Positions 17,879-28,704 of a stretch of DNA of 64,000 nt are shown piece by piece. The notes below the pieces were generated by a model. The model had not been told where the DNA came from, searched no databases, and worked only from the letters and a program-made list of their open reading frames with translations. The stretch comes from a virus, in the IMG/VR virus record IMGVR_UViG_3300022927_000015, positions 1 through 64,000 of that record. One strand, 5' to 3'. Within the stretch, counting starts at the first letter, position 1. Every line of letters starts with the position of its first letter. Made by a program: the position numbers and the translations under genes.

Positions 17879-18808
17879 TTACTCTGCTATGAACCCGCCG
17901 CTGCCGCTCCTAGATTGGCTAAGACCTGATGCAACATTTAATTTTCCTGTTACTGGAGTTCTTTTAGTATTAAATTCCTGTAAATTATTAGCGGCCTGTT
18001 TGAAGTATCTTTTTTCTTTTTTCTTTGATGTTTGAATTTGTGCCTTTTTCCGTATTGCAGTAACCTGTTCCCTTTTCTTTTTATTTGCATCAGCTAAAGC
18101 CTGGGCTTCTTCCGCTTCCTTTAGAGCCAGTTCAGATTCTGCAGATCCTAGCTTATCGGTAAGAGTTGCTACTTCATTAGTGAGAGATAAGTTAGATGCT
18201 TCTAATGCTTGTATAGTTGCAATTTGTTCTTCATCCAAAGATATCATTTCAGCTAATTGAGTATTAAGCCTTTCTATCTCAGACTGTAATTTAGCAAGTT
18301 CTTGTGAATATAGCAATGCCTGTTCATTTAACTTAGAAGTCATTGTTTGTTTGGCAGCATCATTTAAGCCTAAGAATGTACCTGTGTACAAAACGCTTTC
18401 ATCACTTACACCGCTTTCATCCTCCATTCTTGTAGAGATATAAAAGTTATTATTATCCAATGATAAAATCTTCTTTGAATTTTCTTTATCAATTTTAAAG
18501 AGTACTTGACCCTGGGAAGGATCCACTTCTTGTACCCTTGTAAAATTAGGAATTCTTATTTCATCATTTTCACCAACAAAAACTAAAGTAAGAGTACCTA
18601 CATTACTTAAGTCAATCGGCTTATCCACCAATTCACTATTTTCACCAGTCTCATCAAACAGCGTAAAGATAATGTAATCATCAAATGGTGATATTCTAAT
18701 AACACCATCACCCTGTGGTAACGGCTCGGCCGTAGGATTGAGAGTCGTAAACTTTTTATAGTATTCTCTTTCCTTTTTTGTTACTGATATGTTAGTCTGT
18801 ACTGCCAT
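17879..18808 (-). CDS. Hypothetical virion-module protein with C-terminal coiled coil
   Basis: 309 aa ORF with a heptad-rich C-terminal half. Confidence 0.55.
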   Translation of the reverse strand: MAVQTNISVTKKEREYYKKFTTLNPTAEPLPQGDGVIRISPFDDYIIFTLFDETGENSELVDKPIDLSNVGTLTLVFVGENDEIRIPNFTRVQEVDPSQGQVLFKIDKENSKKILSLDNNNFYISTRMEDESGVSDESVLYTGTFLGLNDAAKQTMTSKLNEQALLYSQELAKLQSEIERLNTQLAEMISLDEEQIATIQALEASNLSLTNEVATLTDKLGSAESELALKEAEEAQALADANKKKREQVTAIRKKAQIQTSKKKEKRYFKQAANNLQEFNTKRTPVTGKLNVASGLSQSRSGSGGFIAE

Positions 18809-20168
18809 CGTCTTCGGTTAATGTTTGTATTTTTGCTGGTGAAATTGCAGCCTTTACATTTAATCTATCCCTAAATGAAGTAACATACTTGGTCTTAACT
18901 ACTAATTGCTCTACAATTTTTTCTGATGTTTCCCCTGGTCTAGTTCCAGAATTTCCATTATTAACTATGATGTTACTTCCATCATCTTTAGATATCTGAT
19001 TATAGACATTTGCAACTGTAGGTACTACACCTAAGTTTATCTTCATTAATCTTCTTCCGTATTTCTTAACATCAAATGAAGTTAAATTTGCTTGTTTAAT
19101 TATCTGTGTATTATCAGCTCTATTATAAAGTCTTAATAAGTAATTTATTGAAAAGGATGCAGCAATTGAACTATTTAGTACAATAGGTCTAAATAGGATA
19201 GGATTATCAAAGTTTGTGGTTTGTGTATATACCTGAGTACTGGTTTTGGTAAAGTTAGTACCTATCTGTTCACTTACATTAATTTCATGGAATACAACAT
19301 AGTCACCACCTGATGAATTAAGTTGTGCAATGAAATTAGAAAAAGTAGAACCGGTCACCATCCCAGTTAGCTCAAAGTAATCTCCACTATCCGATTCAAC
19401 CACACTTGCATAAAGATCATCATAGATGTCTCTGTTTGCAATAGTAACTGAATTAATTTCTTCTACATTATAATAGCTATAACTGTTTTCAACTATAGTT
19501 TCATAAATCCCAGTAGCCTTAAGTGTAATAGTAGGAGTACCTAAAAAGCCTTGTCCTTCTGTTAACTTATAACCTAGACCGTTAGGTACAGCATTATTAA
19601 ATCCATTATTCATAAAGTAAAGAGAAGGTACACGCCATTCAATATAAGTAGCATATAACTTGTCATTAATTAGAATTGGATCAGGATTAAATACAGGTGT
19701 ATCCGTCTTTAAGAAATTTATAGACGATAAGTTTAGCATCTTACCATCTCTTCTAGGAACTAGTGTTTCAAAAATAATTCCATCAAATCCAGTAAAGCTA
19801 AATCCTGAAATAAAATGGACCCTTATCTTATCATATGCAATCAGCTGCTGTGGGCTAAAAGATTGTAAAAGACTTGCACTATCTGTTAAGAGTGGGTCAA
19901 AATCATTATAAGGAACACCTATGTCAGTATCTAAATAAGCATACTGTGTTTTATTTTCATTGATGGCAGCTACAGATATATCACGATAGTTACCCATCTC
20001 AGCTGCAACCGCATCAGTATTAAATAAGTAACTACCACCCGTATGACCATCTCTCATGATCTCAATAGGGTATGTTGCTGTACTAAACTCTGTTGGATTA
20101 GACTGGCTAGTGTAAATATACTCAATAAGTATACCGTCTGATATTTGTATAAACTTAGATGATTCCAT
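18792..20168 (-). CDS. Putative structural protein
   Basis: 458 aa ORF within the structural block. Confidence 0.5.
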   Translation of the reverse strand: MESSKFIQISDGILIEYIYTSQSNPTEFSTATYPIEIMRDGHTGGSYLFNTDAVAAEMGNYRDISVAAINENKTQYAYLDTDIGVPYNDFDPLLTDSASLLQSFSPQQLIAYDKIRVHFISGFSFTGFDGIIFETLVPRRDGKMLNLSSINFLKTDTPVFNPDPILINDKLYATYIEWRVPSLYFMNNGFNNAVPNGLGYKLTEGQGFLGTPTITLKATGIYETIVENSYSYYNVEEINSVTIANRDIYDDLYASVVESDSGDYFELTGMVTGSTFSNFIAQLNSSGGDYVVFHEINVSEQIGTNFTKTSTQVYTQTTNFDNPILFRPIVLNSSIAASFSINYLLRLYNRADNTQIIKQANLTSFDVKKYGRRLMKINLGVVPTVANVYNQISKDDGSNIIVNNGNSGTRPGETSEKIVEQLVVKTKYVTSFRDRLNVKAAISPAKIQTLTEDDGSTD

Positions 20169-20181
20169 TCTAACTATTTAT

Positions 20182-20952
20182 TTACCATTGCAAAAACTTA
20201 GGAGTATAACCTAGACCTATACCTACATACGGTGTAAATCCATTGCTGCCATACCCAACGCCTAGCTGTAATCCAATGCCTAATGTTTTTCTATTTTGTT
20301 TTTGGAGATCTAAAAAACCTTTACTCGTTTGGTCTATTAGTATTCCTTGTGCGCTATTAAAAGTTGTTCCTGGGTAATCAGTTTCAAGATTTACAAAAAC
20401 CTCTTTGGTTTCTCTATCTCTCAATATAGAAGCAGTTAACCAAATGTTCTGGTTAAGATCAATAGTAGCATTACCTAGATCTATTGTACTGTCATGTGCT
20501 TCATAAGGTACAATAATACCAATCTCTCTAGAGCTATTACCCCAAGTAGCAGAGTCCTTAATTTGAAATGCTGAACTAAAATTACCAATGATAGTATCAA
20601 CCACGGTAACAGGTACTTCAACAATAACCTCCTTAATAACAGTCTTGGTTTCTATTATTGTAATAGGTGGTTTATTTTTTTCATACTCAAGTGTTTTCCC
20701 TAGCTCATCAATAGTTAAGGTTAGTGCCATGATCTCAGCTTCAGCATTACCCTTCTCATTAATGTAGTTTTCAATTTCATCCAGTGAAGCTTTCCAATTA
20801 TTCTCTATTCTTGTAGCTTCTCCTTTAGCTTCAGTCGTAGCTTGACACTGTCTTAAAAACAAAATACATAGCACAACAATACCACCTAGTAAAAACATTC
20901 TAGTATTTTTAGGATCAGTAATTACGCTTAATATGTTTTTAAGTATTATCAT
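20182..20952 (-). CDS. Putative spanin-like membrane protein
   Basis: N-terminal TM helix (MFLLGGIVVLCILFL), coiled coil, C-terminal amphipathic beta-hairpin GIGLQLGVGYG..FTPYVGIGLGY. Confidence 0.5.
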   Translation of the reverse strand: MIILKNILSVITDPKNTRMFLLGGIVVLCILFLRQCQATTEAKGEATRIENNWKASLDEIENYINEKGNAEAEIMALTLTIDELGKTLEYEKNKPPITIIETKTVIKEVIVEVPVTVVDTIIGNFSSAFQIKDSATWGNSSREIGIIVPYEAHDSTIDLGNATIDLNQNIWLTASILRDRETKEVFVNLETDYPGTTFNSAQGILIDQTSKGFLDLQKQNRKTLGIGLQLGVGYGSNGFTPYVGIGLGYTPKFLQW

Positions 20953-21191
20953 ATACCCTCTTCATAGATCTGTAATAGCTTATAAGGAGTAACATTACTT
21001 TCTCCGTATTTTTCTATTAAGCTATCCATAAACTTTTTTTCCTTTCCTTTCATTTGCTCAAGCTCAGTAAAAAGACTATCTCTCTTTTCCGCCAAACTTT
21101 CAATACTCTTTTGCATTAGGTCAATAGAAGTTTCAATTTCCTTATACCTGTCTACAAATTCTTTAAGCTCTTTTCTTTCTTTTTTATTCAT
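20949..21191 (-). CDS. Small coiled-coil hypothetical protein
   Basis: 80 aa ORF overlapping both neighbours. Confidence 0.6.
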   Translation of the reverse strand: MNKKERKELKEFVDRYKEIETSIDLMQKSIESLAEKRDSLFTELEQMKGKEKKFMDSLIEKYGESNVTPYKLLQIYEEGI

Positions 21192-24013
21192 TATGGTAAC
21201 ATATATTGTATTGTAAATCTAACACCACTACCATTATTACTAACGGTACTTGCGTATGGGTTCCCGACCCAAATACCACTACCCCATTTAAAGGCTAACC
21301 CATTTGTACCAGCAGCGAAGGCTTCTACTGGCATCATCCGAAATGCATAAGATCCACCTGCACCAGAAAAGAGTGTACCACTTCCGTGTAGAACTGTAAT
21401 GTTGCCTGATGATGGCTTAAGCGGTAATGGCCATATACGCTGAGTAGCATTAGATCCACTAGTCGTAGCAGTTCCGCTAAATGTAACATTACGACCTACT
21501 CTTATCCATTGCCCTGTTATAGAACCTCCACCCGTAATTGTATTAGATGGTCCAAATTCTCCACTTGCAAAAATACCTCTAGTTCTCTCAGGGTTAGATG
21601 CATATAATGGTGTTGAAGGCGGTGTGATCGCGCTGGTGTGATCTATATGAATATTACCTTCCGCATACCAAGTAAACTGTTGCCCATTATAATTAGTGGC
21701 TTCATTAACACCATACGAAAGTAGTTGTAACTTGTCATCATCAGCATCCATTCTTATACCTACAGGTCTGGATTTAGGGGCTATAACTAACCCATTAGTA
21801 CCAGCAGCTGTAGCGGTACCCCTATTAATAATAATGTTATCATTATCATTAGACAGTGGTGAATAATCATCAGTACCTACCTGTGTATGAAATTCTATTG
21901 CTTTATCATCAGTACTATTTGTAAATTTAACAGCACCGTTTCTTGCATCACCTTGTACTGATGAATGATTACTTGATACTGCTAAAGTATAACTTTGCGC
22001 GGTAATTGGAATATCAGCATCAGCTGGTTGTTTGATATAAACCCAACCCCTGCTGGATCCGCTAGAATCACCGAAGTTAACATGGGATGAATACTGATAT
22101 GTAGAGCCATACGGCTCGTACCCCAATATAACTCTACCATTAGACGAAATTGCAGACGCTTTTATACCACCAGATATATAAACATCCCCACCACTTTGTA
22201 AAGCTGTAGCATCACCACCTAAAATAGCTACCTGACGACCTATACCTGATAAACCAAAACCAGTAGCAAGTGAATTTCCTGACCCACCTTTAATAGTTAA
22301 CATATCTCTTGAGGCAGGTGCTGATGAACCAGCTACAGGTCCAATTATTGTAGGCGATGTCGCTGTAGCCGAACCGGGTGTACCAAACTCTATCCATGAA
22401 GCCGTTGCTGCACTTCCTGAGCCTATAGGTTTAATACTCATCACTGACTCAGAATTAATCATGCTTAATCCTGTGCCAGTTTTACCGTAACCAACAAAAA
22501 CACCATTTTGCGTCACAGTTAATCCTCTGGCTTCATTACCTGTATTTTCTACATAAATCTGAATTCTATTGCTTAACCCACTAACCCCAGTCGGTACGTC
22601 TTCTAATGCTATTCTATTATCAACATTACCATCAAAATAGATTCTCTCAATACCTGATCCATCATCACCAATAAACTTATTTCCTGACATGGCTACCAAT
22701 GCACCGGTATCCTGTATTTCCCATGTACTTGATTGTATACCTGCAGTACCATCCCATCTAACTATTCTATTATTAGTGCCAGTATCGGATGTTAAGCTTG
22801 TGCCGTTCCAGCCTAGTATACCTGGGCTAAAACTACCACCTGTTGATAGTGTTCCTAGTTTACCACTAGAACTTATACCTAATAAACCGGCTGGTGTAAT
22901 AGGCACAGATTGAAGTCCTGGGAAATTCCACTCACCACTTAAAGATTCTATATTAACTAGGTCTTTTGCTATTAGCTTCACCTTACCACTATCAAGTACA
23001 ATGCTACCTTCTTTAAGTGTTGCGACTGGCAACGTAACATTACCTGCAGAAATAGATGCATCCTTGCTACCTAAAATATTCATTTCATATTTAGGAAGCT
23101 TAGATGAATTAACCACATTTAGATTAATAGTAAAATCAGATACATCAAGCGGACCTGTAAGAGTAGGCCCCAGAGTACCAGTAGTAAATGAAATTGATCT
23201 ACCTGCCCTAAAACTTTGTCCTTTTTGTAAAGTATAGAGGTTAAATCCATAAGTATCTTGTAAAGATCCAATTGTTCCTGTAACAGATTTAGGTACATTT
23301 ATAACAATAGAATCATCAATACCTAAACCTATTGAAGATAGATTAGCTAAAGCCGATTGTTCATAATTATCAGCAGCAACTGCCCCACCACCCATAAATT
23401 TAATCGCAGACGCCGAACTATCTTTTTGATGAACTAGCATACTTACGACAGATGCATCGATACTACCAGCCATTGTATTGTTAAGCTGGAATGCAGGAGT
23501 AAATGGAATTCCTGGATTAGCAGAAACATCGCCTGGGCCAACCGCGCCTATTAGAGTAGCAGCAACACCTTGGTTACTAACTGTTATTCCTGTTGTTATT
23601 GGAGCTGGGTATAAAACATTTTGGTAAGTAGCTGCATAATTAGGATATGGGTTATTTCCAAACTGTGACCACCCAACTGATGCACCAGAAGGACCAGCTG
23701 GTCCTACTAGGTTTATTCCAGTATTAGTCCAAGTTAATCCTGTAAATTCCCATACATCACCGTTACTCTGTAAGTAGTAATCAGCAGTTAGCGGGGTTAA
23801 AGTAGGTGGCACAACATTAGGATCGGCAGTACCTTCATACCACTCAGTTCCTCTTTCTCCTCTACCGCCTATAGGTCCTGGAGGTCCTAACGGTCCAGCA
23901 GGTCCAACTGGCCCACCGCCGTTAAGTAGTAATTGATCAAAGTTAAAATTGATCTTATCAACTACTTGCGAAATAGTATCGGAGGCAAGTAATTCCTGTA
24001 TTGTTATTGCCAT
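21191..24013 (-). CDS. Tail fibre/baseplate-attached fibre with short collagen segments
   Basis: N-terminal DTISQVVDKINFNFDQL (gp9/gp10-like anchor), GPVGPAGPLGPPGPIG collagen stretch, Gly/Ser-rich body. Confidence 0.7.
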   Translation of the reverse strand: MAITIQELLASDTISQVVDKINFNFDQLLLNGGGPVGPAGPLGPPGPIGGRGERGTEWYEGTADPNVVPPTLTPLTADYYLQSNGDVWEFTGLTWTNTGINLVGPAGPSGASVGWSQFGNNPYPNYAATYQNVLYPAPITTGITVSNQGVAATLIGAVGPGDVSANPGIPFTPAFQLNNTMAGSIDASVVSMLVHQKDSSASAIKFMGGGAVAADNYEQSALANLSSIGLGIDDSIVINVPKSVTGTIGSLQDTYGFNLYTLQKGQSFRAGRSISFTTGTLGPTLTGPLDVSDFTINLNVVNSSKLPKYEMNILGSKDASISAGNVTLPVATLKEGSIVLDSGKVKLIAKDLVNIESLSGEWNFPGLQSVPITPAGLLGISSSGKLGTLSTGGSFSPGILGWNGTSLTSDTGTNNRIVRWDGTAGIQSSTWEIQDTGALVAMSGNKFIGDDGSGIERIYFDGNVDNRIALEDVPTGVSGLSNRIQIYVENTGNEARGLTVTQNGVFVGYGKTGTGLSMINSESVMSIKPIGSGSAATASWIEFGTPGSATATSPTIIGPVAGSSAPASRDMLTIKGGSGNSLATGFGLSGIGRQVAILGGDATALQSGGDVYISGGIKASAISSNGRVILGYEPYGSTYQYSSHVNFGDSSGSSRGWVYIKQPADADIPITAQSYTLAVSSNHSSVQGDARNGAVKFTNSTDDKAIEFHTQVGTDDYSPLSNDNDNIIINRGTATAAGTNGLVIAPKSRPVGIRMDADDDKLQLLSYGVNEATNYNGQQFTWYAEGNIHIDHTSAITPPSTPLYASNPERTRGIFASGEFGPSNTITGGGSITGQWIRVGRNVTFSGTATTSGSNATQRIWPLPLKPSSGNITVLHGSGTLFSGAGGSYAFRMMPVEAFAAGTNGLAFKWGSGIWVGNPYASTVSNNGSGVRFTIQYMLP

Positions 24014-24020
24014 TTTGTTC

Positions 24021-27000
24021 TTATTTTTTAACTATAGTTATACTAAACCCAAATGATTCAGTAAACCCTGTCCTTTTGTTATATATTAGGCTCAGATCAA
24101 ATAGGTTGGTATTAAGTAGCTTTGATCCAACCGCCGTGTTAATAGTTAATCCGCTGGCTGCCTTTTCCGAATTTGTTAATGCAGCAGTTGAATAATTTAA
24201 CGGTAGATTTTCTCTAGTACTCTTAACGTAAAAATCAACATTTGCTATTTTGTATAATTGTAAGATATTTTGTCTAATGTATCTTTCAACATCATCATCT
24301 AAAGTTTCAATATCTGCATAACTAAATTCAGGCTTAATATACTTTTTAAACTGTTCTTTAATAGGTCCAAAGAGATACTCAATTAGTCTCTTCTGAATAA
24401 ACATATAGAACTTAACATAAGTATCATTTTCCTCTGTCATAAAGTTACCTTCTATAAGAGACGGTTGTTTAATAGCATCTTTAATAAATTCCTCAGAATG
24501 TATAAAAGTTTCAAGTTCAATTTGTTGTGGGACCTTTAAATACTTAGAACCAAAGAATGATTTTCTTTCAGTCATTGCTCTTGTACCAATAACTGATTGT
24601 ATTTGGGATTTATCAATACTCTTTCTAAAATATGCAGGTTCCCAGTTTGAAGAGAATGTATAAAAATCTCTACTAAAAATACCTACTTCATTAATAAGTG
24701 GATATAAACTTAAGTATGCGCTATCAGTAGAAAGCTCTAATACTGTTGAAGGATCTTCCTCATTAACTTTATGATAAAAAAGATTTCTAATTTGTCCAAA
24801 CCTTTCAGTGTCGCTACTATTGAATTGTGTGTTTGCATATCTACACAACTCCATAACTTTATACTTGTAAACTTCATCAGGTATTGGACCACCTGTACTA
24901 CCCGTTCCAGTACTACCCGTTCCAGTGCTACCTGTTCCAGTAGATGTATCAAAGTCAATATTAATATAAGGGTCTCTAAAGAAGAATATATCTAACGAAG
25001 TTGGCTCATAATAACCGGCATGTCTACCAATAGGTGTAACTCTAGGTTTAGTTTGTAATGATAAGTCATATCCAATAATATCAGTCAAGTTAAACACTGT
25101 AGGTTTGGCAGGATCCGGTAAGACACCAATGTATACAGATTTAATAATATCTTCTTGTGCTCTAAGTTCAATAGAAAATGTTTGTGCTAAATCTCCATTA
25201 TTATCTAGGATCCTATTACCTTCTTTATCAATAGTTTCATAGACAATATTAGGTGCACCTTGATTAACATTTTTAAAAATAGAAGCAAAGCCAACATCGG
25301 TTAATCTAGACGTATATGCATTAAAACCGCCGCCGACCGTAAAGTAACTTGATTCTAATAACTCCAACGAACTAGGGGTTGGGCCACCAGGTATATAAGG
25401 GGACCCGTTAAGAGTAATGGTTGTAGCAAAAAACTGTGAATCAGAAACAACCCTCTGTATTCCACTAATCTCATATATGTCGGATCCAATTTCAAATTTT
25501 ATTGGATTAAATTGTCCATCACTACCTATTGTAATATCACGCAAAAATCTAGGAGGTATACCATTTACATCAACCACACCCTGTACAAGATAGGCTTGTA
25601 CCGTAGGATTAAATGAAGTAGCTAAAAAGCTTATTGCACCCTGTACGATACCACGCTCATATAAATATCCTTGTCCTGATACCTGGATAGGTTGGCAGTC
25701 TTGTGTTTGATAATCACTTTCAAATGAATACAAAACCGTTCTATCAATACTCTGTGAACCCTTATTAACACACTTGTTTTCTAGTGTAAGAAAGATTAAC
25801 ATTACAACAGTTTTCCACTTATCATTCTTGATAAATTTAATTTGTGTCTCAGGCTTATCAGGTGCATTTGGTATAAGCATTACCGAAAACCTATAATCAT
25901 TAAATCTACCATCATTAACATATGATAATGATTTTGCATTAAAGTTAGGTTTCTTGTTTATATCTGCTTTTGGTTTTGCAATTATTCTAACACCTCTTAA
26001 AAAAGCTTCAGCAAAATTCTTTTCATCGCCTCCACTAAATCTCCCATATCTAAGTTGCTTATCTATTAAGTTTATCTGACCGCCGGTAGTAAACTTATCA
26101 ACTATAAAGTAATCATTAAAGTAATCCTTGTCAATTTTCTGGAATGTACCTGGTGAATATACTGAACCTGTGAAAGGATTTTCTTCAGTAGAATCTACTG
26201 GTGCATTATCTATATAACTCCATGAACTCTTAATGGCTTCATTATCAAAATAATCAGGAAACTCACATAAGTAATACCATTCATGTGTGAAGCCTAGTGG
26301 ATCTTGCCCTATAGAATATTTTGACGGCGCAAAATTATTTTGCCCGAATGCTTCGCTTAAGTTTAAACTATACGGAAGATTTCTAACATTCTTACCGTCA
26401 TTTAAGTATGACCATTTGTTTATGTAAGGGATTACTCTAGATGCAACGGCCTGTTGTTTTAAATAGTTTTCTTCAAGCCTATCATACTCAGAATTAATAA
26501 TAGAATCAAAAGATTGATCTGGATCTGAGTCTTTTAGCAATCCTATAAGTGTAGCAAAGCCACCATCATCATAATAAAACTCTCTAATTTCAGGATTACT
26601 TCGCCCAAATAAGCTATTTTTGTAGTAGTATTCTTCATAAGATAGCTCACCCATTTGGCTAAACATTGTGCTATAGAAATCATAGTCAAAATCTCTTATA
26701 GGAAATATTGAAAATCTACCAAACGAAGGTCTATAATCAGAATACAGTGCAACTTGACCACTTCGCGTAGTTTCAATTTGATTATCGTTAAGAGTTATAA
26801 TTACATTCGTGTCAATATTATTATAACCAATAATTTTACCACTACTGTTTTTTATCGGCTCCTCTAAATAAGGCACCCAATCACCTATCTGGGCAAATCC
26901 ATCTTTAGACTGAACATAGTTACCTTTTACGAACCGATCCTGATCTCCTGCTGTAACTTTAAGTAAAGAACCGGTTACGTCATTTCCACCTACAAAGTTT

Positions 27001-28652
27001 TCATTAGGATTATTTACCGATGTTGATGGGTAGGTTGATATAGCATTAACCATTAACGGATAATCAGTAAAATCTAATTCAAAATTAAGTCTATTAAATC
27101 TTGATCCACTAAATCTTGACTCTACATAAACCGTATCATTATTATATGAAGCTTCAAAGAATCTCTTCTCTTTAGGTATACCTATATTTATAGCATTTGT
27201 TATGGCTTTTGCAATTTCTTGCGGGGTTCCATTAGGATTAAAGAAATGATATTTACTTTGTCCTACATTAGGTACTTCGATTGAACTAGCAGCCACTTCA
27301 CCAACTCTATTATTGCTATCATAAAAAGTAATCTTAAAACCATCCACTAATTCATTAGTAATCTTAAAGCTACATGTTGATTGCCCTTTTCTCTGTATTA
27401 TGCTAGCATTGGCATAGGTATCAGGTGTTTTAAACCCTGCAAGTTTTGATATATCAATTGTTTTGTCAAACAATCTTATTTGATTATTTCCCCAAGTTGA
27501 ACCCTTCTTGATAGTATGAAAGTCGTTATTCTTATCTTTAACATAAAATATGGATTCAACTTCATTAACTCTATTAGGGGTGGGTAGACCAGTAACGGTT
27601 GTAGTTTTTGAAGGGTCAAGAAAAACTAATACACCGTTACTATTTTCAATCTCAAACGGCGTGTTTAATTGTTCAGATACTTCTTGGATAGTTTTAATTT
27701 TCGGTAGCTGTGTCTTTTCGGTATTCTTAAAGAAGCCTTCTCCTGATATATCAAACCTACCTTCTTCTACTTCATTTACATATAATCCAAAATATCTATT
27801 AATAGAATAATCAGGCGCGTCTTTATCGGAAAACAAAAATTCAAGGTTAATTAAGTTTGCTAAAAGAACACCGTTTCTTTCAAATCCTTGAGTAAAGAAA
27901 AATTCATTTTGAATAATCGTTGAATCCTGTGCAACAAGATCATCGTATGAATAGCTACCTGCTGAGGTAAAGCCACCTTTCTTATAATTAATACCATTCC
28001 ACTGTATCGGTTCATCCTTTCTCCAGCTAACGGTCAACGGCGACTTAGGGAACGATTCTAGGTTACGGTAATTTCTAATATAAGATCCAAGTAAACTATT
28101 AGAGCTTAAGTCAAATGTTTTAATTGCTGTACAATTCTCTAATACATTTTTTGTAAAATTAGCTGATGTTTGTGCATTAAGATAATCTGCGTTTTCTAAT
28201 TCAGCATTAATGTTATTAACGGCTGCAGGATTATCAATTCTAAATACAACAAAGTAATTGGGTATTTGTTCATTTAGCCATAAAGGCGCTAACATACCTA
28301 GATCCTCAGTATATGCCAATGAAGACACTGATCTTGTACCGGCTGAATAGAACATTTCATATTGATTCTGATACTGAGATAAGACCGAAACGTCTTGATA
28401 TTCTTGGAAAACTTCGTAAGCTAAATCGGTAGGAAATTTACCGCCTTGAAAAAATCTAAAGACATCTTTATCATAAGTATCCTTTCCACTTATCTTAAAT
28501 GCTTTAAATGTAGAAGATGCCAATTCAGTATTTGCACTGAATGATTCTAAGTAAAGATTATCGCCGTTACTAACTAACTTAACATTAGCTGTTAATTTAG
28601 GATTAGTTCTAACAATACTATACGATGCTTTGTCAAAAAGTCTTTCGGCCAT
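24021..28652 (-). CDS. Large putative baseplate/structural protein (1543 aa)
   Basis: Long ORF in the baseplate block; contains a TGSTG linker repeat. Confidence 0.55.
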   Translation of the reverse strand: MAERLFDKASYSIVRTNPKLTANVKLVSNGDNLYLESFSANTELASSTFKAFKISGKDTYDKDVFRFFQGGKFPTDLAYEVFQEYQDVSVLSQYQNQYEMFYSAGTRSVSSLAYTEDLGMLAPLWLNEQIPNYFVVFRIDNPAAVNNINAELENADYLNAQTSANFTKNVLENCTAIKTFDLSSNSLLGSYIRNYRNLESFPKSPLTVSWRKDEPIQWNGINYKKGGFTSAGSYSYDDLVAQDSTIIQNEFFFTQGFERNGVLLANLINLEFLFSDKDAPDYSINRYFGLYVNEVEEGRFDISGEGFFKNTEKTQLPKIKTIQEVSEQLNTPFEIENSNGVLVFLDPSKTTTVTGLPTPNRVNEVESIFYVKDKNNDFHTIKKGSTWGNNQIRLFDKTIDISKLAGFKTPDTYANASIIQRKGQSTCSFKITNELVDGFKITFYDSNNRVGEVAASSIEVPNVGQSKYHFFNPNGTPQEIAKAITNAINIGIPKEKRFFEASYNNDTVYVESRFSGSRFNRLNFELDFTDYPLMVNAISTYPSTSVNNPNENFVGGNDVTGSLLKVTAGDQDRFVKGNYVQSKDGFAQIGDWVPYLEEPIKNSSGKIIGYNNIDTNVIITLNDNQIETTRSGQVALYSDYRPSFGRFSIFPIRDFDYDFYSTMFSQMGELSYEEYYYKNSLFGRSNPEIREFYYDDGGFATLIGLLKDSDPDQSFDSIINSEYDRLEENYLKQQAVASRVIPYINKWSYLNDGKNVRNLPYSLNLSEAFGQNNFAPSKYSIGQDPLGFTHEWYYLCEFPDYFDNEAIKSSWSYIDNAPVDSTEENPFTGSVYSPGTFQKIDKDYFNDYFIVDKFTTGGQINLIDKQLRYGRFSGGDEKNFAEAFLRGVRIIAKPKADINKKPNFNAKSLSYVNDGRFNDYRFSVMLIPNAPDKPETQIKFIKNDKWKTVVMLIFLTLENKCVNKGSQSIDRTVLYSFESDYQTQDCQPIQVSGQGYLYERGIVQGAISFLATSFNPTVQAYLVQGVVDVNGIPPRFLRDITIGSDGQFNPIKFEIGSDIYEISGIQRVVSDSQFFATTITLNGSPYIPGGPTPSSLELLESSYFTVGGGFNAYTSRLTDVGFASIFKNVNQGAPNIVYETIDKEGNRILDNNGDLAQTFSIELRAQEDIIKSVYIGVLPDPAKPTVFNLTDIIGYDLSLQTKPRVTPIGRHAGYYEPTSLDIFFFRDPYINIDFDTSTGTGSTGTGSTGTGSTGGPIPDEVYKYKVMELCRYANTQFNSSDTERFGQIRNLFYHKVNEEDPSTVLELSTDSAYLSLYPLINEVGIFSRDFYTFSSNWEPAYFRKSIDKSQIQSVIGTRAMTERKSFFGSKYLKVPQQIELETFIHSEEFIKDAIKQPSLIEGNFMTEENDTYVKFYMFIQKRLIEYLFGPIKEQFKKYIKPEFSYADIETLDDDVERYIRQNILQLYKIANVDFYVKSTRENLPLNYSTAALTNSEKAASGLTINTAVGSKLLNTNLFDLSLIYNKRTGFTESFGFSITIVKK

Positions 28653-28702
28653 TTAATTTTCACTTTTTTTATTTATTCACCAAGATGGAAGTGAAAATCA
28701 AA
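28652..28702 (-). promoter_or_regulatory. 14-bp RNA hairpin covering the translation start, with promoter motif GAATAAATAAA in the loop
   Basis: Arms UUUGAUUUUCACUU / AAGUGAAAAUUAAA (one G-U); the 3' arm ends on the A of AUG. Confidence 0.65.
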
Positions 28703-28704
28703 GA

